IMG/VR virus record: IMGVR_UViG_3300022181_000004
Coordinates: 1-38,849 of that record
Length of the DNA stretch: 38,849 nt
Direction: 5' to 3' (one strand)
From: a virus
Lineage: Duplodnaviria > Caudoviricetes
Of the stretch, positions 16,095 through 25,865 are shown in pieces. The notes under the pieces are model-generated. The model saw only the letters and a list, made by a program, of their open reading frames with translations. It was not told where the DNA came from and made no database searches. The translations under genes were made by a program, and so were the position numbers. Position 1 is the first letter of the stretch. Every line of letters begins with the position of its first letter.

Positions 16095-16388
16095 GAAAAA
16101 ACCAGAAATACCATCCAGCGACTTAAATTCCTCGATAACTTCTATAGTCTTTATGATGGGGAGTTTGCCAAATTCTTCTCCTGTCATGCCGTAAAGATCG
16201 CCAAAAAATTCATTGATCTCATTCTGTGCCATGTGCGCGTTTTCGATAATAAGCATTAACAAAGAAACACCCAGTTGTTCATCAGAATTTTCACTTTTCC
16301 AATCAACAGCCAAGGTATCTTTTTTGAGTTCCAATTTTTTTAGAATGCGGCTCATTCTATAAACATCGTTGGTAATAAGTTGCCTCAT
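16068..16388 (-). CDS. Tail assembly chaperone G (start MRQLIT)
   Basis: RBS GGAGGAGG; follows the major tail gene; ends ISGFFKQAGRLMN across the slippery site. Confidence 0.8.
   Translation of the reverse strand: MRQLITNDVYRMSRILKKLELKKDTLAVDWKSENSDEQLGVSLLMLIIENAHMAQNEINEFFGDLYGMTGEEFGKLPIIKTIEVIEEFKSLDGISGFFKQAGRLMN
16095..16101 (-). other. -1 ribosomal frameshift slippery heptamer T TTT TTC
   Basis: X XXY YYZ heptamer in the correct frame near the end of chaperone G. Confidence 0.8.
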
Positions 16389-16409
16389 ATAACCCTCCTC
16401 CAAAAATAC

Positions 16410-16432
16410 GGGCGGGGGATTAACCCCGCCCT
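16410..16432 (-). terminator. Hairpin after the major tail gene
   Basis: Minus strand GGGCGGGG-ttaatc-CCCCGCCC then GTATTTT. Confidence 0.55.
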
Positions 16433-16435
16433 GTG

Positions 16436-17161
16436 TTATGCGGCTAAAACAGCGCAACGGAAAGTATAAGCCTTCGGGGCGCAGTTGGCTTTAGAAATAG
16501 TGACGGTAATCACATTCAATGCGTTACTCGAAAGGGCAATTGCGCTGGAAGCCACGCCGCTTGCTACGGTTTGGGTAGTCCCATCGGGTGCGGTGATTGT
16601 GATTACTTCGCCAGATATGGCATCGACCGGAGTAATTACGGTAGAGGTTTCGCCGTTGGTAATGGTGACGGCATAATCATAAGTGCCAATAGCGAAAGCA
16701 GGCATCATCAGCACATCGTTAGAAAACTCAACCGCGCTCATGCCGATTACGGTAGCCACGGCAAAGGACGGCTTGCCAGTGATCCTGATAGACGCGGAAA
16801 ACGGGATTGCTCCGTCCTTGGTAGCTTCGCCCACTTTATAAGCCGTCAAAAATCCTGAAAACGTCCACGTTGCGCCCGTAGACGCTGGAAAGGTGACAAC
16901 CCCCGTGCGAACAGTACGGGCAACAAAATCAGACATCATCGCTACTTGCCCGTTGGCATCATCGGCACGGAAGAATCCGCTTAAAGGCACAGTCCCGGCC
17001 TCAATTAGCCCAGGCAGATATTCCTTAAAAGCATCCACCGAATCATGGGTTGTAGTTTCTACTTCATCGACCTTCATGTCTAGGCCGCCGATATTATCCA
17101 ACCCGCCTACAATACTACTATTCCAGGACAGCGTAGTTCCAAAAGCATGGGTTTTAGGCAT
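16436..17161 (-). CDS. Major tail tube protein with C-terminal cadherin/Ig-like domain
   Basis: ETTTHDS..FKEYLPGLIEAG, TWTFSGF, FSASIRITGKP; C-terminal PAF....YDY.VT...G..S.AI.L...N.ITVT.....Y. Confidence 0.85.
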   Translation of the reverse strand: MPKTHAFGTTLSWNSSIVGGLDNIGGLDMKVDEVETTTHDSVDAFKEYLPGLIEAGTVPLSGFFRADDANGQVAMMSDFVARTVRTGVVTFPASTGATWTFSGFLTAYKVGEATKDGAIPFSASIRITGKPSFAVATVIGMSAVEFSNDVLMMPAFAIGTYDYAVTITNGETSTVITPVDAISGEVITITAPDGTTQTVASGVASSAIALSSNALNVITVTISKANCAPKAYTFRCAVLAA

Positions 17162-17165
17162 TTTC

Positions 17166-17579
17166 TCACTCCCTTATATAGTTAATTTCGAATTCAAGAT
17201 CCACAACATTTGCCTTAACCAATCCATCTGTGCTAGTCATTTTATGGGGAAATTCATTAACCAGCTTAATATACTGTATAATTAAGCCGCTCAATGTACC
17301 TTGGTAGTCACATAAAGCGGCTTTGATTTGATTTGCGATTGCTCTTGCTTCAGCCCGTGTCGGTGAATAAACCGTGTACTGCCAATTTGGGCTTTCGAGG
17401 CTATCCTGCCCAGCCAGGGAATGAACAAGGATATTGTCAATATTTTGGTATGTGACTGTTGACGTTGTTCGTAAGTCTACTCTTTGAGGCGTTTCGTCAG
17501 GATAAAGATTAGTGCCAATCAAAGCAATCAGTCCTGGCTGAGCCAAAAGGTAAATCGTCAAGGCTTCGTCTATTTCCAT
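17166..17579 (-). CDS. Tail terminator (DUF3168-like)
   Basis: L.ALIG..LYP...PQ, VTYQ.I, Q.TVYS.T..EAR.IA..IK.AL; expected position. Confidence 0.75.
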   Translation of the reverse strand: MEIDEALTIYLLAQPGLIALIGTNLYPDETPQRVDLRTTSTVTYQNIDNILVHSLAGQDSLESPNWQYTVYSPTRAEARAIANQIKAALCDYQGTLSGLIIQYIKLVNEFPHKMTSTDGLVKANVVDLEFEINYIRE

Positions 17580-17908
17580 TAAACCACCTCTTTTGCAAAG
17601 ATTTGCAGTTCACGGTGGCGATTCTCAACATCAATCGGCCTGCCGAGAATCTCATAAGCTCGGCCACTAAATTTGATCCCGTGCAGCTCTGTAATATCGG
17701 TTCTATAGCGGACTTCAAATACTACGGAAACTTCGGAAAACATCTTTTGCGCGTGATAGAATTCTTTACTGCCCATAGTGTGAACAGCCGCCCAAACGGT
17801 CACATAATCTACCCATGATGTTATCTGCTCATTATAGCTGTTCGTTGTTATAACTGCATTTTGAAAGGTAATTTTGCTGCGGTATTTACCGGCTCCCACT
17901 AAAACCAC
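17579..17908 (-). CDS. Head closure protein (SPP1 gp16-like)
   Basis: AGKYR.KITFQ, W.DYVTVWA.V, EF..A, VRYR.DI, GR.YEI. Confidence 0.85.
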   Translation of the reverse strand: MVLVGAGKYRSKITFQNAVITTNSYNEQITSWVDYVTVWAAVHTMGSKEFYHAQKMFSEVSVVFEVRYRTDITELHGIKFSGRAYEILGRPIDVENRHRELQIFAKEVV

Positions 17909-18480
17909 CCGCTTTTTTGAGTCATCAATAACGATTGAACGCCATACTCAATCCGGCCCCCGACGTTTCCCACAGCTTCGCGGTTTTCATACCAATGACC
18001 AATCAGTAATAGCATGGCCAGCTTTATGCTTCTTGGAATAGGGTTGTACGCATCGTACCCGGCAACATAAGTCACTACGATAGGATTAACCGAATATGGC
18101 GTAAAACTAGGCCAGCTCCTCCCGTACGGAAGCACGATCTTACCGGCATTACTCCCGCCATCAACTAGATAATCAGTCCCAGGGGCCATCATATTTTCTG
18201 TTCCGCCCGAATCGGTATACTTAACGCTTATTACACTCTGCAAAGGTGGCCTTGGCAACTCAAAACGGTCGCCACAGGGAAAATGATCCAGGTAAACCTC
18301 TATCGTTTGAGTAGCCAGCGCCCGGCGCGTAATTTGCTCACAGTATTCACGCGCCGCTGTTATTAGGCCCTTCAACAACAGCTCTTCCGTGCGGTCAACA
18401 CCCGTTAACCGCGGATATGAATAAACTTCGTTGATGGTTAGCGGCTCCATTACAACTGGCTTTATGACTTTGTAATTCAT
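17899..18480 (-). CDS. Head-tail connector (start MNYKVI)
   Basis: LITAAREYCEQITRRALATQT, LPRPPLQSV.SVKY, IKLAMLLLIGHWYENREAV. Confidence 0.9.
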   Translation of the reverse strand: MNYKVIKPVVMEPLTINEVYSYPRLTGVDRTEELLLKGLITAAREYCEQITRRALATQTIEVYLDHFPCGDRFELPRPPLQSVISVKYTDSGGTENMMAPGTDYLVDGGSNAGKIVLPYGRSWPSFTPYSVNPIVVTYVAGYDAYNPIPRSIKLAMLLLIGHWYENREAVGNVGGRIEYGVQSLLMTQKSGWF

Positions 18481-18484
18481 AGCG

Positions 18485-18862
18485 TCACCTGACATACAGA
18501 TGGACTGTACCCTTTCCGCCGCTGCCCGCGCCCTCGACATACAAGGTCAACTTGTCGTTAGCAACCACGCCCAAAGATGAAGCAGCCACCTGTTCAGTTG
18601 CGGTTGCGCTCCTGTTCAACCCACCGGCCATTAACGCATCCACATTATCCCCATCATAAACATAAACATCATAATCAGCGGACGGAGCCGCGGTCCCATC
18701 GGGAACAGTTACAAGCCTCACGATCTCGCCATTGTACGCTTTTGTGGTGGCAGCATTCGCGGTAGTAATTGCCACCTTGCCGTCAGTATGGGCCGTCCAG
18801 GCCCAAGTGATTTTTTTGATTACGCCCAAAGTTTCTTCCGTCAGCGTAACGACAGCAGCCAT
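18485..18862 (-). CDS. Hypothetical virion protein (head module)
   Basis: Beta-rich 125-aa ORF with RBS, in the head gene cluster. Confidence 0.65.
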   Translation of the reverse strand: MAAVVTLTEETLGVIKKITWAWTAHTDGKVAITTANAATTKAYNGEIVRLVTVPDGTAAPSADYDVYVYDGDNVDALMAGGLNRSATATEQVAASSLGVVANDKLTLYVEGAGSGGKGTVHLYVR

Positions 18863-18875
18863 TTATACCACCGCC

Positions 18876-19475
18876 TTACGACGCCGGTAATGTAACGCCC
18901 TTAGAATAAAAGGGCATCAACAAAACTTTGCCAACCGTCGCACTTTTAACGGTCACTACTCCCACCTGCTGGATGGAATCACCGGCAGTTGCAGGAGCAG
19001 TCAAGGCCCATGCGCCAGCGGTAGCGTCCGACAGATAGACAGGATCGCCAACGGCAGTCGCCGAATTGGTATCCTGACCCGTGAGTTCATACGCGCCCAC
19101 TACGATTCCCGCAGCGGCATTTTCTATTGCGGCAGGGGCCACAAACCACGCAACCCTAGCGGGATTTGAAGCATTGGCATCCGCCTTAGAAACTTTGATT
19201 TTTCCGCTGGTCGCGTCGTAGCCAGAAGGATAGACGAGATCGCCGTTAGCGATTGCCTCCCCAGCGATAATGGCTACTGTCGGATTTGTTTCACCGCCAG
19301 ATAGAGCGCCGGTGATGTTGCCCGTCACATTACCCGTGAGATTTCCGGTGACGTTGCCGGTCACATTGGCTTCGATGCCGGATTCAGTGATCTTTAATAC
19401 AGTAGTCCCGGCGGTTACGCCGAAAAATTCCAGCAAACCGGAAACCCACCTAGACCTGATTTTAGTTACAGCCAT
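18876..19475 (-). CDS. Putative head fibre/decoration protein
   Basis: (G)N(V/L/I)T tetrapeptide repeats followed by an AGEAIANGDLVY...GDPVYLS domain reminiscent of capsid cement proteins. Confidence 0.55.
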   Translation of the reverse strand: MAVTKIRSRWVSGLLEFFGVTAGTTVLKITESGIEANVTGNVTGNLTGNVTGNITGALSGGETNPTVAIIAGEAIANGDLVYPSGYDATSGKIKVSKADANASNPARVAWFVAPAAIENAAAGIVVGAYELTGQDTNSATAVGDPVYLSDATAGAWALTAPATAGDSIQQVGVVTVKSATVGKVLLMPFYSKGVTLPAS

Positions 19476-19525
19476 TTTTATATACCTCCATACGTTTTAC
19501 GTTTAGCCCTGGTTGGGCAAAATTA

Positions 19526-19545
19526 AGGGGCGGTAAACCCGCCCC
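19526..19545 (-). terminator. Hairpin after the capsid-associated gene
   Basis: Plus strand GGGGCGG-taaac-CCGCCCC; on the minus strand it is followed by TTAATTTT. Confidence 0.55.
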
Positions 19546-19550
19546 ATTCA

Positions 19551-20015
19551 CTAGGCAATCGCGGTACTGGATTCGGTTTCCGCGTATCTTGCGCCCGTCA
19601 GAACGGCAACAGCGCTTCCGTAGGTAGCGCCGCCCGGATCAGACCATTTCAGTTCAAGGCACGGGTAACCGTCGGACAGTTCGGATGCGTCGATCTCGAT
19701 CACATAAGTGGTGTTGTCGTTCGCCGACACATCAATGCCGGTCGCGGCCTCGGCCAAAGTACGGGCACCGAGCGTGTCGCCAGTTGCGGTAGTCTCAGCG
19801 TAATAGTAAAAGTCGATGGCCGTATCATTGGTCGGGATAAAATCGTCGCATTCCTCGATGGTAATATTCCCGGCGTCGGCGTTGGTGGAGCCGCACTGCA
19901 CAATGATGGTGGCGTGGGAATAATTTTTCATGGAAAACACGGTGGACGATTTGCCGGTGTCTACGTCCTGCGGGGGCAGGATGTTCACAACATGGCCCTG
20001 TTCAGCAATGTTCAT
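19551..20015 (-). CDS. Hypothetical capsid-associated (decoration-like) protein
   Basis: Strong RBS AAGGAGGT, directly after the major capsid gene; acidic and beta-rich. Confidence 0.65.
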   Translation of the reverse strand: MNIAEQGHVVNILPPQDVDTGKSSTVFSMKNYSHATIIVQCGSTNADAGNITIEECDDFIPTNDTAIDFYYYAETTATGDTLGARTLAEAATGIDVSANDNTTYVIEIDASELSDGYPCLELKWSDPGGATYGSAVAVLTGARYAETESSTAIA

Positions 20016-20033
20016 TTTTAAGTACCTCCTTCA

Positions 20034-21329
20034 CTAAGCTCTCGCGTCAAGAGTGACGAACGGGGACAGGGTGTTGCTGCCCTTGTACGGGGTCAGGACA
20101 GAATTCCACATCGGCTGACCGTCGCAACGATACACAAACCGGAAAGTGTTTTCGTCATACAGGAACCGAACGTGGATAGACTGAGCGGATTGCATTCCGC
20201 CCTTGTCGATCATGGCGTACTGGCTCATGTCGGCCAGGATGATATCGCCCTTGTCGCCCAAGGTAGCGCACTGCTCAATGGGGATAACCGGGCGGGAGAA
20301 GAGCGTACTATACGGAGAGCCGCTCGCACCACCAGCAGGCAGGTAAACAGGAACGCCACCAGTACCGACAGTAAGGGACATGCTGTAGAGTTGAGGCTCG
20401 ATGTCCTGGTTGATGTACCAAACAGCGTTCTGGCGAGAACGGCTCCACATCCGGGACCACATCCTGACGATGTTTTCCCAAAGAATCGTGTCCGCGCCTT
20501 GGCCGCTTTCCTTCGCTACGGAAACAAGGCAAGGGGCTTTCAGTATGCCCAGCGGCTGACCGGAACCCGTACCGTTAATACCGGCATCGTCAACTTTAAA
20601 GGAATACTCGTCCGAAAACGCCTTTGTGACAATGGTTTCGAGAGCCATCGCATCGGTCAAAAGCTCGTCCGTAGCATAGCAAATACCGATGAGCTTCTTC
20701 AAAGACAGCTCGATCTGGCGGAATTTCGGTTTGCTATCAGTAACGGTCCCGGCTTCATTCTCCCAGTACATCTGAACGCCGCCATACCGGCTGCCGTTTA
20801 CACGAGATTTTTCGTCAATGCCGTTGATTTTGACGCCGTTTTTATCCGGGCCAATGGGGATTTTAAAAGCTCTGGACATGACGGCAGAAGCTTCATAAGT
20901 TTTTGTCAGCAAAGTACTGGAAAAATCTTTGTCAACCAAAAACCCGCCGTCCGAGGGGACAGATTCGGACATGCCAGCCGCCTTGATGGTCAGCCGATTG
21001 TCAACAGAGCCGCCGGGTTCGGCAGCTTTCTTAACGGCCAGCAAAAACTCTCCGGGGCTTTTCCACATTTTTTCCTGGCTTTTCGGTTCGGCATAAACGG
21101 GCGGATTTACAGGGGTGCGGTCAATAATTTCCTCGCCGTTTTCGTCGAATTTTTTGCCGTCGTCCAAAATCTTTTGAGCTTCAATCTTGGCTTTAATGGC
21201 CTTGATCTCTTCGGTTTTGGCGTTAATTTCCTCGACAGTGGCATCGGCTTTATCCCTTAACGCCACTGCCTCGCTCTGCCTGGCCGCAAGGTCAGCAAGC
21301 AGCATCTTCATTGCTTTTGATTGATTCAT
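20034..21329 (-). CDS. Major capsid protein, HK97 fold (start MNQSKA)
   Basis: N-terminal coiled-coil delta domain, DGGFLV, W..E, ELL.DA, INGTGSGQPLGIL, FR...R.DGQP; RBS GGAGGT. Confidence 0.95.
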   Translation of the reverse strand: MNQSKAMKMLLADLAARQSEAVALRDKADATVEEINAKTEEIKAIKAKIEAQKILDDGKKFDENGEEIIDRTPVNPPVYAEPKSQEKMWKSPGEFLLAVKKAAEPGGSVDNRLTIKAAGMSESVPSDGGFLVDKDFSSTLLTKTYEASAVMSRAFKIPIGPDKNGVKINGIDEKSRVNGSRYGGVQMYWENEAGTVTDSKPKFRQIELSLKKLIGICYATDELLTDAMALETIVTKAFSDEYSFKVDDAGINGTGSGQPLGILKAPCLVSVAKESGQGADTILWENIVRMWSRMWSRSRQNAVWYINQDIEPQLYSMSLTVGTGGVPVYLPAGGASGSPYSTLFSRPVIPIEQCATLGDKGDIILADMSQYAMIDKGGMQSAQSIHVRFLYDENTFRFVYRCDGQPMWNSVLTPYKGSNTLSPFVTLDARA

Positions 21330-21369
21330 ATTTTTACCTCCGTTTTTGATTTTTGCCATAAAAATAGCC

Positions 21370-22095
21370 TTAAAGCTCAAGCTCTAAGGCTAACAACGCT
21401 AACGCTTTTGAGTTGTCGGGCGGCGGCGTGTATTTCGCTATCATACGCCTGATTGCTTCGTTGGTGCTGTTCAAAATCGCGTGCCGGTTAAACGTCATTT
21501 CTACCGGGTCGGGTGCTTGATCCGCATACAGCATTTTATCGGCGAAGCCTTCTTTAATCGCGGTTTTTGCGTTCATGTAGGTTTCGGCATCCATCATCTC
21601 AGATATCTTTGCCCGTGAACGCCCGGTTTTGAGTTGGTACGCATTCATAATGGCTTCTTTGACTTCGTCCAGAATATCGGCTGTTTTGCGCAATTCGGAG
21701 GCATATCCATATACTTCCGTCAAAGGATTATGTATCATCATCAAAGCCGACGGAGACATATGGATTTCTTTTCCGGCCATAGCAATGATCGTTGCCGCGC
21801 TCATGGCTTTACCGTCAATCTTGACAGTTACATCGCCCTTGTGTTCTTTTAACGCATTGTAGATGCCAGTCGCAGCAAACACAGAGCCACCGTAAGAATC
21901 AATCCATACGACAATAGGCTCGCCCGTATAATTCGCCAATTCCGCCTTGAACATGTTTGGCGAGGTGGCCTGTAAACCAAACCACTCATAAAGCCAGAGG
22001 TCTTCATCATCGACAATATCACCCTCTATGCGCAGTTCGACACTCTCCGGCTCCGTTTCGGTAGCCGCTTTTATCGCGAAATTCCAAAACTTCAA
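21370..22095 (-). CDS. ClpP-type prohead maturation protease
   Basis: IDSYGGSVF, IDGKAMSAATIIAMAG, MMIHNP, ETYMNA..A...GFAD. Confidence 0.93.
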   Translation of the reverse strand: MKFWNFAIKAATETEPESVELRIEGDIVDDEDLWLYEWFGLQATSPNMFKAELANYTGEPIVVWIDSYGGSVFAATGIYNALKEHKGDVTVKIDGKAMSAATIIAMAGKEIHMSPSALMMIHNPLTEVYGYASELRKTADILDEVKEAIMNAYQLKTGRSRAKISEMMDAETYMNAKTAIKEGFADKMLYADQAPDPVEMTFNRHAILNSTNEAIRRMIAKYTPPPDNSKALALLALELEL

Positions 22096-22101
22096 TTTTA
22101 T

Positions 22102-23355
22102 CTACCTCCTTTCTTCGATCATTTTGTATATATCTTCAATCAGCCGATTATAGGCGTTAACCTGTTGATCAGGCTTCCCGGCCTCCCGGTAATTTAGCGG
22201 CTCAAGGTAGATATCGCCGTTCGGTATCGGCGGCATATTCTCAAGCTTGCGGATATCATTTACCGATAACCAGCCCCATTGACGTCCTATCGCATAAGCC
22301 TCTGCTCTTGATTTTGCGTCTCCCCTTAATAAACCGTCAAGTTTATATTCTAAATACAGCCCCTTGCGTCTGTCTGCAGATGAGAGAACCTGCATATTAG
22401 CGTTATCTTCGTACCGCTTATATGTAGGAAGCATCGTATACATAATAAATTCCAAGGAAAGGTGCTCAATATTGGAAAAAGTCGATCTGTCCAGCTTATT
22501 AACCAAATGCTGAGGAACCCGATAAATACGGCATATATCTTCGATTTGAAAGTACTTGGATTCCAACAATTGAGCATCGATTGGATTGATTGTTACCTGC
22601 CGCCATTTCATCCCTTCTTCGAGAAGCATTGGAACACCGGTCCTGCGCAGCCCTTGATAAGAATCCTTTAAATCCTTTTTCAGCCGATCATAGGCAATAT
22701 CTGATAAGCCGCCCGGATGTTCAAAAACACCTGATGGCATAGCCGCATTGTTATAAAATTCAACCCCGAATCTTTCATAAGAAAGGCCAAGCTTGATCGC
22801 CAGTGCCGCATAAGTTATTGGGGATAGCCCAACAACCCCATCAAAAGACAAATTGGGTACATGAAAAACCTGGTCCCGCCTCAATGTCTTTTGTTCGTCC
22901 CCAGTCCTGATAATATACTCTAACCGTTTTGTCTCCTGGTTTCTTCTGATTTGAGTGATAGCATGAGGGTAAGGATAAAGCCCCACCAACTCACCGCTTT
23001 TATTAAAAAGTTTTTCGCAAACCGAGTTGCCGCTGCCGCAAAAATTGGTCATCATGGCCTCGCTAAAATTAAACGGGGCCATTTCCTCATTGGGGCGGTT
23101 ATGAAGAATGTCATAAATAGGATGGTCGGTTATCGGTTCACGGCCATCTTTAGTTTTTTGATAAAGCATGATCGGCGCACTTGCAAAAGTTTCTGCCAAG
23201 ACCCGGATACAAGCATTAACAGCCGAGTATTTCATGGCTATTTCAGTATCCATAACGCCAGTGTCTATATCATCTCCGCGTAAAAAACGGGTAATGTAAT
23301 CATCTATATTCCCCGTCATCAACACCTTAACTCTATTTTTTAAACTTAACTTCAT
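22102..23355 (-). CDS. Portal protein, HK97 family
   Basis: SAV.ACIRVLAETFA, PN.EM, FDGVVGLSPI, LEEGMK, DAQLLES, ICRIYRVP, TFSNIE, LLRGD, N.IR.LEN.PP. Confidence 0.95.
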   Translation of the reverse strand: MKLSLKNRVKVLMTGNIDDYITRFLRGDDIDTGVMDTEIAMKYSAVNACIRVLAETFASAPIMLYQKTKDGREPITDHPIYDILHNRPNEEMAPFNFSEAMMTNFCGSGNSVCEKLFNKSGELVGLYPYPHAITQIRRNQETKRLEYIIRTGDEQKTLRRDQVFHVPNLSFDGVVGLSPITYAALAIKLGLSYERFGVEFYNNAAMPSGVFEHPGGLSDIAYDRLKKDLKDSYQGLRRTGVPMLLEEGMKWRQVTINPIDAQLLESKYFQIEDICRIYRVPQHLVNKLDRSTFSNIEHLSLEFIMYTMLPTYKRYEDNANMQVLSSADRRKGLYLEYKLDGLLRGDAKSRAEAYAIGRQWGWLSVNDIRKLENMPPIPNGDIYLEPLNYREAGKPDQQVNAYNRLIEDIYKMIEERR

Positions 23356-23365
23356 GCCACCACTC

Positions 23366-24919
23366 CTATGCTAACGACCTCATGCCGCGCGATTCATAAA
23401 CACTTTGTTTTTGCTCAAGGTTAATAGCCCCAGCCATTGCATTTATCAACGCTACAATTGGGTCTATCCTATCAATAGACTTGTTTTTCATGGGCTTAAT
23501 GTTTTCATTTCCGTCCGGATTAACAACGACATTACCAAAGCACCACCGCCCAAGTGGATTTTCTATATGAGATATCCCATGGGATCGAAATAACCTTTCG
23601 AGTTCACTCATACCAGAGGCCATGCCGCTAATGGTTTGGGGAATCTCGATAAATTTATTTCCGATTTCTGGGCCTAAAAGCTGCTTTAAAATTTCTAAGT
23701 GCCAAGGATCACCGCAATAATACTTAACGTCAAACATTTGTTCAATTTGCTGTATTCTTGCGGCAACATAACTGTAATCTATTACGTCTCCTTCCGTGGG
23801 CGTAACATAACCTTTGTCGCTCCATCTATCATAGGGAACATGGTCGGCGGAAATTTTCTTTTTCATATTTTCTTCCGGAATCCAAGTATCAAGAAGAAAC
23901 CGCCAATCATTAATACCATTTTGCGGTGGGAATAAAGGGGCGATCCCGGCCAAATCAATCCACCTGGCTAAGTCAATACCGACGTAACACCGTTTTTTCA
24001 CCAAATCGCCCATAGTCCATTCTTTCTGTGTTTCATCCCATAAGGTAATAGGCAACCAACTGATGCGTTTCAGTTGCACCCACTGATTAAGTCGCAACCA
24101 ACGAAATAGTTTTTCATTGGCGGGGTTATTTCTGGCTTTCTGCGCTTCCTCTCTTACTTTCTCAATATCGATCGATATGCCAAGCGACGGATTGACATCA
24201 TACCATGTCCGTTCGTCGTAAATATCAGCATCCGGCGGCGCTCCGTAGATTCTGACATACCATGTAGGGTCAATTAATTCGCCGTCGCGGATCTTTCGGG
24301 CTTGTTCATGCACTTCCCAGCCGATCGACTTGTGGTCCGGGTCGTCGCCGGCGGTGGTAATCACCCACCATAGCGGAGCTTTACGGGCCGCGCCAGATCC
24401 GAATGTCATAAAGTCCCATAAGTCTCTTTTCTGCTGAGCGTGAAGTTCATCGAAAATAACAACTGTGGGGTTTACGCCATGTTTGGAGTATGCTTCGGCA
24501 GATAAGACCTTTAAAAACGTGCCAGTCTCAACATTGATGATCTCCTTTTTGCTGTCAACGACATTAAGCGCAGAAGAAAGGAATTCATCCTGCTCTATCA
24601 TCTGTTTGGCCGCTTTATAAGCTAACGATGCTTGCTCGCGTTCTGCGGCGCAGCAGTAAATTTGTCCGCCAGGGCCATCACATACAAGGTGATACACAGC
24701 TAACGCCGCAGTTGTCTCGGTTTTGCCGTTTTTCTTTGGGATTTCCAGATAAGCATACTGATACTGCCGCAGACCGTTTTCTTTAACAGTACCATAAACT
24801 GAACTAATGACTTCCTTTTGCCAATCCTGCAAAATAAAAGGACGACCGTAAAAGTCGCCCGTTAAATGTAAGCATTGGATAAAATCAATTGGTTCCTGCG
24901 CTTTTTGAAAATCAAACAC
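23366..24919 (-). CDS. terL: Terminase large subunit
   Basis: IPKKNGKT Walker A, VVIFDELH Walker B, ITTAG, GIDLA...DL, RIDPIVA nuclease motifs; GTG start. Confidence 0.95.
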   Translation of the reverse strand: MFDFQKAQEPIDFIQCLHLTGDFYGRPFILQDWQKEVISSVYGTVKENGLRQYQYAYLEIPKKNGKTETTAALAVYHLVCDGPGGQIYCCAAEREQASLAYKAAKQMIEQDEFLSSALNVVDSKKEIINVETGTFLKVLSAEAYSKHGVNPTVVIFDELHAQQKRDLWDFMTFGSGAARKAPLWWVITTAGDDPDHKSIGWEVHEQARKIRDGELIDPTWYVRIYGAPPDADIYDERTWYDVNPSLGISIDIEKVREEAQKARNNPANEKLFRWLRLNQWVQLKRISWLPITLWDETQKEWTMGDLVKKRCYVGIDLARWIDLAGIAPLFPPQNGINDWRFLLDTWIPEENMKKKISADHVPYDRWSDKGYVTPTEGDVIDYSYVAARIQQIEQMFDVKYYCGDPWHLEILKQLLGPEIGNKFIEIPQTISGMASGMSELERLFRSHGISHIENPLGRWCFGNVVVNPDGNENIKPMKNKSIDRIDPIVALINAMAGAINLEQKQSVYESRGMRSLA

Positions 24920-25491
24920 TAAGTACCACCGGCCCTACGGTTCGCCATGAATTTTTCCACTCCGGTTTTTCCTTTTTTCTCCTCCGGCTTTTTCGGTATA
25001 GAACGCAAGGCAGATTGAACCGTCAAGATATTTTCTTTATCAATATCAAGCATCATCTTCCTTTTTACCATAAGCTGCTTATCACAGTTTATTATGTTAT
25101 CAGAAAGCTTAGCAAGCAACCGGTAGTATTCAGATGCCTTTATGCCGCCACTTTCAGGATCGCCCAAGGCGTCATTTCGATAATCTGCTTTGAGTTCTTC
25201 CTTCGACGCTATGAACTGATCACGGATGCCCTGAATTTGATCGCACTCTTCAACCAGTAAGCAGTGCGTATTGACCATACGGCTATAAAGATCATCATCC
25301 TTCCCGATACGGCCAAGCAGACTTTTCAAGCGTTCAAACTCTTTTGCTGCCTTCGGATGGTCTTTAGCAACAAATAGCCGTTGCATAGGCTCGCCTGTAA
25401 GCATTGCCAATTCAGCGTCGCGTCTGACTTCTAATTCAGATTTCGTTCTATGCCCCTCTATCAACGCAAGAGGCTTTGTGGGCCGCGTCAT
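24919..25491 (-). CDS. terS: Terminase small subunit (P27-like)
   Basis: MTRPTKP..L..GH..K.E...R N-terminus, LTVQSALRSIPKK; directly upstream of terL. Confidence 0.75.
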   Translation of the reverse strand: MTRPTKPLALIEGHRTKSELEVRRDAELAMLTGEPMQRLFVAKDHPKAAKEFERLKSLLGRIGKDDDLYSRMVNTHCLLVEECDQIQGIRDQFIASKEELKADYRNDALGDPESGGIKASEYYRLLAKLSDNIINCDKQLMVKRKMMLDIDKENILTVQSALRSIPKKPEEKKGKTGVEKFMANRRAGGT

Positions 25492-25514
25492 TATAGCACC
25501 TCCCCGGCCTATGT

Positions 25515-25592
25515 TTTGGGAAAAAATGTTGCGTTGCTTGGGGCGCCCGGTCTAGGAGCAAAAGGCTGTAGGAATTTTACCCCGCCTACCCC
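25515..25592 (-). other. Candidate cos region
   Basis: Minus strand GGGGTAGGCGGGGTAAAATT...GACCGGGCGCCCC...ATTTTTTCCC between HNH and terS, the usual layout of 3'-overhang cos phages. Confidence 0.55.
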
Positions 25593-25637
25593 TATTCAGC
25601 ACACAATTATCTGGATGCAGCCTTTATAGTATACATA

Positions 25638-25865
25638 TTACTTATCTCCCAATGGTTCTTTACTCAGCTTGCATCCGCTAATTAACTCGCGATTAACATA
25701 AATGGTCGTAATACTCGCTGCCTCAATATGTATCACGGTGTCTATTTCCACACATCCATCAATATCACCAATAATATCATCTGCCCGTATAATAATTTCT
25801 TTCGCTGCATTTATCAGCTGTTCTTTAATAGATTCCCGCGAATTTCTTTTATTGACTATGACCAT
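25638..25865 (-). CDS. Hypothetical protein (start MVIVNK)
   Basis: RBS GGAGG; overlaps the HNH gene end. Confidence 0.55.
   Translation of the reverse strand: MVIVNKRNSRESIKEQLINAAKEIIIRADDIIGDIDGCVEIDTVIHIEAASITTIYVNRELISGCKLSKEPLGDK

Noticed and set aside
20172-21260. 362-aa plus-strand ORF and other long antisense ORFs (e.g. 2109-2699, 5682-6257, 14314-14853, 37216-37782)
   Set aside because: They are shadows of well-supported minus-strand genes and have no recognisable motifs.
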